The notes under the pieces were generated by a model. That model did no database searches. It was not told the DNA's origin and was given only the letters and a program-made list of their open reading frames with translations. From Anaeramoeba ignava BMAN (Eukaryota; Protista; Anaeramoebae), in assembly GCA_028826165.1 (NCBI GenBank), contig JAPDFW010000081.1, positions 1,151,206 through 1,215,205 on the forward strand: DNA of 64,000 bases. Reading direction: 5' to 3'. Numbering within the stretch: position 1 is the stretch's first letter; every line of letters starts with the position of its first letter. A program made the translations under genes and the position numbers. Shown here piece after piece: positions 46,917-58,200 of the stretch.

Positions 46917-49900
46917 ATGAAAAAAATTATTTTCTTTTTCTTAATTATCAATATTTCCTTAATTCAATCAATTCATTCAAATCAGAAATCATTTGGATCA
47001 TCACCACTAACACAAATAAAAACAGAAACAACAAGATATTATTCTTCTTTCAATGAAGCTTGGTTTTGGAATTTGATAAACAATTTTACAGGTTCATCAA
47101 CAAATTTTGGATGGAGTGTTTCAAATTATGAAGATGTTATTGTTGTTGGAAGTCCCCAAACAAGAGAAGTATTTATTTACAGATATAATGGAACAAATTT
47201 TGAACTTGAACAAATATTGAATCAATCTTCAGCTCCAAAATTTGGATATTCTGTTTCAATTTATGGAGATGCTATTGTTATTGGGATTTATGGAAGTGCA
47301 TTATTTATTTACAGATATAATGGATCAATTTGGAATCAAGAACAAATTTTGGTTGAGACAGCTTTAGGTTTTGGATGGCGTGTTTCAATTTATGAAGATG
47401 CTATTGTTGTTGGAGCCAAAGATTCAAAACAATCATTTATTTACAGATATAACGGAACAAATTGGAATGAAGAACAAATTTTGGTTGAAACAGCTTACGA
47501 TTTTGGGAGAAGTGTTTCAATTTATGAAAATGTTATTGTTATTGGAACTTATGGAGCAAATAAAGCATTTGTTTACATATATAATGGATCAATTTGGAAT
47601 CAAGAACAAATTTTGAGTGAACCTTCAGCTATAAATTGTGGAATTGGTGTTTCAATTTATGAAGATGTTATTGTTATTGGAGATGGTGCGGGAAATCAAA
47701 TATTTATTTACAGATATAATGGAACAAATTTTGAACTTGAACAAATATTGAATCAATCTTCAGCTTCAACTTTTGGATATTCTGTTTCAATTTATGAAGA
47801 TGTTATTGTTATTGGAACTTATACAGCAAATCAATCATTTATTTACAGATATAATGGATCAATTTGGAATCAAGAAGAACATTTCAATGAATCCTCCATT
47901 TCAAAATTTGGTGATGCTGTTTCAATTTATGGAAATTTTACTGTTATTGGCGCTTATAATGCAAGTCAAGCATTTATTTATGAAGCTTATTTAATTCCTC
48001 AAGTTAATATTGTTAATTGTTCAACATTGTTTTCATCATTTGATTGCTATTGGGATAAAATTGAATTTCTCAGAACACTGATTTATCAAATTAATTATGG
48101 ATATGATTGGATTGATATTGATTCTCCAATTCTTGAAGATGAGAATGTTTATTATCAACAATTTAATTCTTCATTTTATGATAATATTACAGGAAATGAA
48201 TATTATTCAATTCAAATTCAAGCTTGTGATAATGAAACAATGAAATGTGGTGAATCTTCTTCTTTTATTAATTTAACAACAAAAATTGATTCTGTAAAAG
48301 ATTTCCAATTATTCAATCCTTCAAATTATTCAATTAATGTTACTTGGGATTATCCAAATGTACAAATCAATGAAGGAATTGCTCATCTTAATCATTATAA
48401 TCTTTCCTATTTCAATCAATCTCAACCTGATTTAATATCTTTCATTTCAGTTGATAATTCTTCACTTGATTATCTTTGGAATAATTTTGAATGTGAAAAT
48501 GATTATAATATTTCAATTTGTGGATGTAGAACACAAGAATGTGAAGGAGATGATAAAGGAGAAATTGTTGAATCATCAATTTCATTAATATTTGGAGAAA
48601 TTACAAATTTAACATGTTCAATTTCAAATTCAATAGATATTAATTGTAATTGGAATCAACCAATTAATTGTTCAATTCCATTTTATTATAATTTTACTTA
48701 TCAATCAATTTCTCAAAATGATTCAGGAAATTATCAACCAACTTCATCAAATCAACAATTTACAGTTCAATTTCCAAATCAAGAATATCAAATCAATATA
48801 TCAGCATGTAATTCAAATGGAAAATGTGGATATATTTCATCAATTTCAATTACAACTAATAATTTACCAACAGCTCCAATAATTTATGAAACAATTTCCA
48901 AAATTGAAGAAATTGAATTTAATTTCACAAAATTAACAAATGCAAATAATTATTCAATTTCACTTGATAATAAAACAAATTGGCAAAATTTCACATCACT
49001 TGATTTAACTGGAAATGAAATAATTGGAGCAATAAGTGGAATATCAGGAAATATTGAATATAATATTTCAATTCGAGGATGTGCAGATTTAAATTGTGAA
49101 GCACCATATTTAGGATTACCTAGTTCAATTATTTCAACAAGAGCTAAATTAGGAAATATCACTTCATTAAATTGTTATTCATTAATTAATGGATTTGAAT
49201 GTACTTGGGATTCATTAATTTTATCAAATGCATTAAAAGCATATTCATTTACTTATAATTCAACATCAATTTGTTTATCAAATTTAACAACAAATTATTC
49301 AGTTCTAGGATTAAAAGGAGGAGAATATTATGAAATTTCAATTTATTCATCAGCTGATTCAAATTGTTCAAATAATGAATATTCAGGAATTAATTCAACA
49401 GTTTCAATTACAACTGATATTTTACCAGCTCCAATAATTTATGAAACAATTTCCAAAATTGAAGAAATTGAATTTAATTTCACAAAATTAACAAATGCAA
49501 ATAATTATTCAATTTCACTTGATAATAAAACAAATTGGCAAAATTTCACATCACTTGATTTAACTGGAAATGAAATAATTGGAGCAATAAGTGGAATATC
49601 AGGAAATATTGAATATAATATTTCAATTAGAGGATGTGCAGATTTAAATTGTGAAACACCATATTTAGGATTACCTAGTTCAATTATTTCAACAAGAGCT
49701 AAATTAGGAAATATTACTTCATTAAATTGTTATTCATTAATTAATGGATTTGAATGTACTTGGGATTCATTAATTTTATCAAGTGCATTAAAAGCATATT
49801 CATTTACTTATAATTCAACATCAATTTGTTTATCAAATTTAACAACAAATCATTCAGTTCTAGGATTAAAAGGAGGAGAATATTATGAAATTTCAATTTA

Positions 49901-50156
49901 TTCATCAGCTGATTCAAATTGTTCAAATAATGAATATTCAGGAATTAATTCAACAACATCAATTACAACATTATCTCCAAATGAAGCCACTGATAATTCA
50001 GAAAATACAACAATAATAGTTTTAGGGATAATTATTCCAATTATTGTTATTTTTCTTTTGATTATTGGAATTATTTTATATAAGAAGAAAAAAAGAAAAA
50101 AATCAAAAAACCGCAAACAAGAAGAAAAAGAACTTCATAATGATTTGGATCTTTAA
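46917..50156 (+). CDS. Type I membrane protein: signal peptide, 7 FG-GAP-like blades, FN3 stalk, TM, basic tail (paralogue of 1287-6218)
   Basis: Seven FG(W/Y)SVSIY(E/G)D(V/A)IV(I/V)G...FIYRYNG repeats. Shares VNCS.L.S.F.CYW and GNE.YSIQI.AC with the first receptor. Two 555-bp repeats (48873, 49428). TM IIVLGIIIPIIVIFLLIIGIILY. Confidence 0.88.
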   Translation: MKKIIFFFLIINISLIQSIHSNQKSFGSSPLTQIKTETTRYYSSFNEAWFWNLINNFTGSSTNFGWSVSNYEDVIVVGSPQTREVFIYRYNGTNFELEQILNQSSAPKFGYSVSIYGDAIVIGIYGSALFIYRYNGSIWNQEQILVETALGFGWRVSIYEDAIVVGAKDSKQSFIYRYNGTNWNEEQILVETAYDFGRSVSIYENVIVIGTYGANKAFVYIYNGSIWNQEQILSEPSAINCGIGVSIYEDVIVIGDGAGNQIFIYRYNGTNFELEQILNQSSASTFGYSVSIYEDVIVIGTYTANQSFIYRYNGSIWNQEEHFNESSISKFGDAVSIYGNFTVIGAYNASQAFIYEAYLIPQVNIVNCSTLFSSFDCYWDKIEFLRTLIYQINYGYDWIDIDSPILEDENVYYQQFNSSFYDNITGNEYYSIQIQACDNETMKCGESSSFINLTTKIDSVKDFQLFNPSNYSINVTWDYPNVQINEGIAHLNHYNLSYFNQSQPDLISFISVDNSSLDYLWNNFECENDYNISICGCRTQECEGDDKGEIVESSISLIFGEITNLTCSISNSIDINCNWNQPINCSIPFYYNFTYQSISQNDSGNYQPTSSNQQFTVQFPNQEYQINISACNSNGKCGYISSISITTNNLPTAPIIYETISKIEEIEFNFTKLTNANNYSISLDNKTNWQNFTSLDLTGNEIIGAISGISGNIEYNISIRGCADLNCEAPYLGLPSSIISTRAKLGNITSLNCYSLINGFECTWDSLILSNALKAYSFTYNSTSICLSNLTTNYSVLGLKGGEYYEISIYSSADSNCSNNEYSGINSTVSITTDILPAPIIYETISKIEEIEFNFTKLTNANNYSISLDNKTNWQNFTSLDLTGNEIIGAISGISGNIEYNISIRGCADLNCETPYLGLPSSIISTRAKLGNITSLNCYSLINGFECTWDSLILSSALKAYSFTYNSTSICLSNLTTNHSVLGLKGGEYYEISIYSSADSNCSNNEYSGINSTTSITTLSPNEATDNSENTTIIVLGIIIPIIVIFLLIIGIILYKKKKRKKSKNRKQEEKELHNDLDL

Positions 50157-50284
50157 TTCCAAATTCAAATTCAATTTTCCTTTTCATTTTTTCATTATTT
50201 CCAAAAAAAATCAAAATTAAAAATTAAAATTAAAATTAAAATCAAAATTCCAAAATTATTTTTTTCATTTTTTTCTTTTCAAAA

Positions 50285-52040
50285 ATGAATGATTGTTTAT
50301 TTTTTGGTTTAAATAAATACCCAAAACTTATCAAAAATGAACCAGAAAAAATAATAAAATCAATTCAATTTAAATTTGAAAATGAAAATGAAAATGAAAA
50401 AGAAAATGAAAATGAAATTAAACAAATTTCAACAGGTTATTTTTCAACAATTTTCCTTTTTAAAAATGGAAAAGCAATAGAATATTTAAATGAAAATGAT
50501 CCAAATCAAAATCCTGAAAAAATCCAAATTGAAGAAAATATTCAAAAAGTAACTGTTGGTTCTCGAAATGAAGCTATTTTAACAATAGAAGGAAATGTAT
50601 TTGCCAAAGGATATAATATTAATCTAAATAATCCAAATGAACTTATCAATATTTCATCATTAATTGAAGATACAAATGATAGAATAATTAAAGATGTTGT
50701 TTCTGGAGAGTATTCAATTTATTTATTAACTTCAAATCAAAATGCTTATGGAATTGGTTTAAATTATTGGGGTCAACTTGGTTTTGATTATAAAACACTT
50801 TATAAAACAGAAAAACCAATTTTAATGATGAAAAATGTTTCTAAAATATTTTCAGGAAATTCTTCACTTCATGTTTTTCTTTTAAATTCAAATCAAGAAT
50901 TATTTGGATGTGGTAATAATAAATATGGTCAACTTGGATTAGAAGAACCAATAGAAGAAGAAATAAAAATCCAAAAATTAACCAAAATCCAAAATATTCC
51001 AAAAGGCAAAATAATTGATATTCAATGTGGAGAATATTATTCAATAATGTTGATTGAAGAAGAAGATGAAAATCCAAAAAGAAAACTTTATTCATGTGGA
51101 AATTCTGGATTAAATGGACTTGATACAGATACTTATGAATTTACTGAAATCAAATCATCTTTATTTGAAAATGATAATATTCGTGATTTTTCTGTTGCAA
51201 ATTCTCATACTTTGATTTTAACTTCCAATTCAAAATTAATAGGATTTGGATATAATTCTTATGGTCAATTAGGAACTGGAGATACAAATAATCAATTAAT
51301 TCCAATTCAAATTGAACTTCCTAAATTAAGATTTAATGAATCTATTTCCAATTATCATATTTCTTGTGGATATCAAAGATCATTTCTTTATTATTATTCT
51401 TTTTCTTTTTCCAATCTTGAAGAAGATTTGATAAAATTATTTGAAAGAAAAGAATTTTGCAATATTTCATTTAAAACCAAAAATGGAGAAATAATTGAAG
51501 CTCATAAATTAATATTGAAATATAGATTAAATCAAAGTGAAATTGAAAAACTTCAAGAAATTATTTCAAAAAAATCAATTAAAGAATCAAATCAAATATT
51601 TGAAATGATTTATTCAAACAGAATAATAAATCCAATATTATATTCTGAAATTAAAGAAATTATAAATTCAAATGAAAAAATTGAAGAAACAATGAAAAGA
51701 ATTTATTTAAATGAAAATGAAAATGAAAATGAAAAAGATTTTATAATTGAAAGAAAAGAAAAACAATATAAATTTCCTAAATTAATATTAATAATGAGAA
51801 GTGAATTATATCGAGGAATGTTTTTATCTGTAACAAATGATACTTCTAATAAGTGAATTAAGTAATAAATCATTTCAAATATTTGGATATTGGATTTATT
51901 CAAATCAAATTAAAGATGAAATCCAAATTACACAAGAAATAATTGATGAAATTCAAATTGGAATTGATTATTTTCAATTAAATCAAACAAATCCAAATTT
52001 ATTTGATTTATTAATTAATAAATTTAAAAATCAAAATTAA
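50285..52040 (+). pseudogene. RCC1-BTB paralogue with a 14-nt deletion truncating the second BTB domain
   Basis: tctaat-aagtgaa here versus tctaataaagttacagattatagtgaa in paralogues. Premature TGA at 51854-51856; the homologous frame resumes to TAA 52040. Confidence 0.75.
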
Positions 52041-52206
52041 ATCAAATTAAAATCAAAATTTTTTTTTCATTTTTTTCTTTTCCAAATTTTTCAAAACAAA
52101 ATTCAAATTCAAATTTAAAAATTTTTCTTGTTTTTTCTTTTTTAAAATTTTTACATTAAATTTAACAAGAAATAACAAAACAAAACAAAACAAAACAAAA
52201 CAAAAA

Positions 52207-55119
52207 ATGGATAAAATTAAAATTAAAATACAAAGTGAAAGTGATGAAAATGAAAATGAAAATTATAATCAAAAACAAATTAAAATACAAATTGATAGTG
52301 AAACTGAAAGTGAAACTCAATCTAAATCTAAATCTAAATCTAAATCTAACTCACAAATTCAAAGTGAAAGTGATGAAAATGAAAATGAAAATTATAATCA
52401 AAAAGAAATTAAAATCCAAATTGATAGTGAAACTGAAAGTGAAACTCAATCTATATCAAAATCAAAATCAAAATCAAATTCAAATTCAAAATCTAAATCA
52501 AATTCAAAATCAAAATCAAATTCAAAATCAAAATCAAAATCAAATTCAAATTCAAAATCAAATTCAAATTCAAAATCAAATTCAAATTCAAAATCAAATT
52601 CAAAATCAAATTCAAATTCAAATTCAAATTCAAAATCAAATTCAAATTCAAATTCAAAATCAAATTCAAATTCAAATTCAAATTCAAAAAGTGAAATTGA
52701 TGAAAATGAATATCAAATCAAAAATCAATTTAATAATAAAATTGATTATCAAATAAAATATTTAGATGACAATAAAATCAAACTTGAAATTGATAGTGAA
52801 ACTCAAAGTGAAACTCAAAGTGAAAATAAAAATAAAAATGAAGATGAAAGTGATGATGAAAAAGAAAAACTTTTAAATAAATATTTTGAATCAAATAATC
52901 AAAATGAAAATGGAAAACTTGTAAATGAATTATTTGAAGAAGATCCACATCAAAGATCAAAAAGAGCTTATTTTATTTGGATAGTTTCACTTGCACAAAT
53001 AATTCTTTTAGTAATTGAAATAGTTATTAATAAAGGATTTGAATCATTAAATATTAATCCTTGGTTTGGACCTTCATTACAAACATTAGTTTCAATGGGT
53101 GCAAAAGGTTAAATTCAAAAATATTATTATTAAATTCAAAAATATTATTATTAAATTCAAAAATATTATTATTAAATTCAAAAATATTAAATTCAAAAAT
53201 ATTATTATTAAATTCAAAAATAATATTATTAAATTCAAAAATATTATTATTAAATTCAAAAAAAATATTATTATTAAATTCAAAAATATTATTATTAAAT
53301 TCAAAAATATTAAATCCAAAAATATTATTGTTAAATTCAAAAATATTATTATTAAATTCAAAAATATTATTATTAAATTCAAAAAAATATTATTATTAAA
53401 TTCAAAAATATTAAATCCAAAAATATTATTGTTAAATTCAAAAATATTATTATTAAATTCAAAAATATTATTATTAAATCCAAAAATATTATTGTTAAAT
53501 TCAAAAAAATATTATTGTTAAATTCAAAAAATATTATTATTAAATCCAAAAATATTAATATTAAATTCAAAAATATTATTGTTAAATTCAAAAAAATATT
53601 ATTATTAAATTCAAAAATATTAAATTCAAAAATATTAATATTAAATTCAAAAATATTATTATTAAATTCAAAATGTTATTATTAAATTCAAAAAAATATT
53701 ATTATTAAATTCAAAAATAAATTATTAAATTCAAAAATATTATTATTAAATTCAAAAAAATATTATTATTAAATTCAAAAAATATTATTAAATTCAAAAA
53801 ATATTATTATTAAATTCAAAAATATTATTATTAAATTCAAAATATTATTATTAAATTCAAAAATATTATTATTATTAAATTCAAAAATATTATTATTAAA
53901 TTCAAAAATATTATTATTAAATTCAAAAAAATATTATTATTAAATTCAAAAATATTATTAAATCCAAAAAAATATTATTATTAAATTAAAAATATTATTA
54001 TTAAATTCAAAAATATTATTATTAAATTCAAAAATATTAAATCCAAAAATATTATTGTTAAATTAAAAATATTTATTATTAAATCCAAAAATATTATTAA
54101 ATTCAAAAATATTAAACTAAAAATATTATTATTAAATTCAAAAAATAATATTATTAAATTCAAAAATATTATTATTAAATTCAAAAATATTATTATTAAA
54201 TTCAAAAATATTATTATTAAATTCAAAAATATTATTATTAAATCCAAAAATATTATTATTAAATCCAAAAATATTATTATTAAATTCAATAATATTATTA
54301 TTATTAAATTCAAAAATATTAAATCCAAAAATATTATTGTTAAATTCAAAAAAATATTATTATTAAATCCAAAAATGTTATTATTAAATTTAAAAATATT
54401 ATTATTAAATTCAAAAATATTATTATTAAATTCAAAAATAAAAATATTAAAAAATAAATTTATATTTTATCTAAAATAAAGATGGTGAGAAAATTCATCA
54501 AGGCCAATGGTACAGATTTATTACACCAATTTTCTTACATGTTGGAATAATACATCTTTTAATAAATTTACTTTTTCAAATTTATGCAGGAAGAATGATT
54601 GAAAAAGTAGTAGGAAGTTTAAGAATATTTATAATTTACATAATTTCAGGAATTGGAGGGAATCTTTTAAGTGCAATTTTTCTTCCAGATATGGTAGAAG
54701 TTGGAGCAAGTTCATCACTATTTGGGATATTTATTTTATTATTATGTGAATTAATCAATAGTTGGAATGATGTTGTAAAACCGAAATGCGCTTTATTTAA
54801 AATCATATTATCTGCTTTACTTAGTTTTGGATTTGGATTACTTCCTGCTGTTGATAACTTTGCACATATTGGAGGATTTCTTTCAGGTTTTTTTATAACA
54901 TTAATTCTTCTTCCAAGTCAAAAATATAATATCAAAAAAATAATCTCAATTATAATTGGTGTTGTTTTGCTTATTGCATTTTTTGGTATTGGATTTTATA
55001 TGTTCTATTTTAGAATTAATGGTAATTCTTGGTGTTCTTTTTGTTCATATGCAAATTGTATTCCTATTTCTGATTGGTGCAAATCTTTAAATAATTCAAC
55101 AAATTCATCTAATAATTAA
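52207..55119 (+). CDS. Rhomboid intramembrane serine protease with long low-complexity S/K/N-rich N-terminus; exons 52207-53107 and 54482-55119
   Basis: NPWFGPS...MGAK|DG...[21 protein letters not shown], catalytic GASS and AHIGG, C-terminal [11 protein letters not shown]. Confidence 0.92.
53110..54445. repeat. Intronic ~21-mer satellite (AAATTCAAAAATATTATTATT)n
   Basis: Fills rhomboid intron 53108-54481. Confidence 0.95.
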
Positions 55120-55120
55120 A

Positions 55121-55143
55121 TTTTTGTTCCACTTTTTTTTTTT
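55121..55143. promoter_or_regulatory. Conserved intergenic element TTTTTGTTCCACTTTTTT
   Basis: Starts 2 nt after the rhomboid stop codon. Confidence 0.5.
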
Positions 55144-55215
55144 AACAAATAAAAATTAAAAATAAAATATTTTTCATTTTTTTCATTTTTCTAAATTAAA
55201 TTTTAATAAAAAAAA

Positions 55216-58200
55216 ATGTCACTTTCTTTAAGAGTAATTTTTAATGAAAAAAAATTTAATAAGAAAATGAAATTTAAAAGTGAATCAAAAGGATCGGAAG
55301 TAAAAGAAATGATAGGGAAAAAAATAACAAAAGAATTTTGATACAAAAATTATCATTTATTCATTCCTCATGAAAAGAAGGAGAATTTATTCCAGGAGAA
55401 TGGATTAAAGAAACAGAAACTTTATCAAGTTATGGATTAATAAATGGTTCTATAATTGAATTAAAAACATTTTTAATAAAAATTAGAGTTAAAACGTTAT
55501 CAAATACTGAGAATATTCTTGATATTAATTTACAAGAAAATGTAAAAAAATTTTTTTTAATTTTTAATTTAAATTTTTAATTTTTAAAAATTTTTTTCTT
55601 TTTAGGTTTCAAATGTAATTTCCCAAATTCATAAAGAATTATCTTTACCAAATCCAATAGAATATTATTCACTTGCTAAATGTGGTGAATTTGAATATGA
55701 AACAAAAGGTTTTTCTTTTTAAATTTTTTAATTTAATTTTTGATTTAAAATTTATTTTATTTTATTATTTTTAAGTTTTGGAAAAATCAAAAACATTATT
55801 TGAACAAGATGTTTGTGATGGAAGTGCAATAATAAAATGTGTTGAATCATTTTATTTTGAAAAATTTGATCAATCTTTTAATGAAGGTGATGCTTTAACA
55901 ACAAGGTTTTATTTTAAAAAATTAAAAATTCAAATTCAAATTAAAATTCATTTATAAAAATTTAAATTAAAAATTATAGATTTGAATGCTTTAGAAAAAA
56001 TATTTTATCAGGAAATCATTTAGTTGGATTAGATGATGCTCTTAATTTTGCTGCTTTAGAAATGCAAATTCAAATAGGAAATCATGATGAAAAAAAACAT
56101 AAACCATCATTTATTAAGTAATTTAGAAAAGAAATTAAAATTAAAATTAAAATTAAAATTAAAATTATTTTATTCATTTTATATATATAAAATATATAAA
56201 AAAGACCAAAATTATATTTATCTCCTTTATGGGTTTTAGTTGAAGGAATTGAAAAAGATTTAATTCATGCTCATTCATTAATTGTTGGAATGAGTGAAAA
56301 AGTTGCTAAAGAAAGATTTGTTTTTCATGTTTATGCAACTAAACCATTTTCAACTAATTTTTATAATACAAAAGTATAAATTAAAATTAAAATAATTAAA
56401 ATTAAAATTCATTTTGAAAATTGTTTTTATTTCTCTCTAGGAATTAGTCTCTAAGAAAAAATATAAACCATTTGTTGTTGGAATTACTCCTGAAGCTTTA
56501 ATTAAATATACAGAAGATAGAAAAACAATATTATCAATCATTAAAATTATTGATATTAAAAGATTTGCAACAACAATTAATAGTATAACATTCCATTATC
56601 TTAATAGAGCTGAAAAATTCCAATCTTTTCAATTTTTTTGTGATCAAATTATGGAAATTGAAGAATTAGTTAAAAATTATTTATCAGCAGCTGTTAAAAA
56701 GAAAAGCAAATTTACTTATTCAGAAACAAATTGATTCACAAGGAAAAACAGAATCTGAATATAAACCATCACAAAATAAATCACATAAATTAATCACTGA
56801 ATCTTCAAAATATCAACTTGAAAAATTAAAGGAATCACAAAATGAAGTTATTCAACAATCAGATATTGGATTTACAAACACTCAAATAAATCAAGAAATT
56901 CTTCATTCAACTCAACAACTCCAAGATATTTCTTTTGTATCAAAATCAAACATTACAACAAGAAGAGATCGTGATGAATTTATGACAAGCAATATTAATG
57001 AAGAAAACCAAAATTCACAGCCAACAGATTATAGTACCATTTCAAATGATTTGGATATGTCTCAATTATTAAGTCAAAAAATTGATTCAAATGATTTAAA
57101 TGCTTTTATTAGTTCAAAACCAAATACAAGTGGTAATCAATTCCAAAGTGATTATGGAATTTCTAAACCAGAACAAGCTTTTATGAGTGGGAATTTCCAA
57201 AGTGAATTTGAAACTTCAAATATTGAAAATTTAATGAGTACAAATTATTCAGAATTTACTTCACAATTTGGAGTTGCAGATCCACAACAAATATCTTCTC
57301 CAAATTTAACAACACAACAAGAAACAACACCAAATCCTCAATTTATTCCTCAATTACCTCATGATTTTTCACCTCATAATAAATTTGATCCTTCACCACT
57401 TGATTTTTCTACACAATCAATTGAAGATTTATTAAAAAGTGATTTAACAACAATGAATCAAAATCAAAATCAAAATCAAAGTAATCAAACATTGCAATTT
57501 ATGAAAACAAAAATCCAATCAGATTTGGAAAAAGCAAATTCTCAAACAGATATTCAACAAGACCCAAGACTTACAACAACAGCACTCAATTCTTTTCTTA
57601 ATACAAACTATCTAAACACAACAAGAATTAATCCTATTGAATTGAATAGTACAATTATGAGATCAGCAAATTTTGTTAAATCATTTTCAATTTTTGTTCA
57701 AATACCAGAAAGTAATGAACAAAGTGTTCATATTGGAAATGTTTCAACTTTTATCGTAAATAACTCAGTTAATAATTTACCACAAGAAATCAATATTCGA
57801 GAATTTCTAAGTAAAGATTCCAAATTCCAAATACCAAATGAATATATTGTATTGAATGAATTAGCAAACAATACTTTTATTGCATTTACAAAATCACAAT
57901 CAAAATTACAACCAAATTTTGAGAATTACAAAACAAGATTAAGTTTTTTGAATAATTTAACAATAAATTTTACTGAAACAATTTCTAAAATTATGGTTGA
58001 TTTCCCTAAATTACTTCTTCCTGATTTGAGACAATTCAAAGAAAATGTTCATACAATAACAAGTAAACTCAAAAGTATTAACAATGAAATACAAAAACTT
58101 GCAATGGCAACTTTATGTGAAGATTTAGAAATGATAATGTTCAAGAAACAACATCCAGAAACTATAAAAGGACAAAATCAAGTACAAACATTTACACCTT

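Noticed and set aside
46917-50156. Bona fide integrin alpha or beta
   Set aside because: The stalk is FN3-like, the tail lacks GFFKR and NPxY, and there is no vWA domain. Kept as integrin-alpha-like propeller only.
43018-52040. Classical diversity-generating retroelement behind the RCC1 variation
   Set aside because: No reverse transcriptase or template repeat in the window, and differences are not restricted to adenines.
56690-56982. 56982-59594 as a stand-alone gene
   Set aside because: The frame is open upstream to about 56700 and joins the FERM exons after removing one A from a run; it is the talin-like rod.
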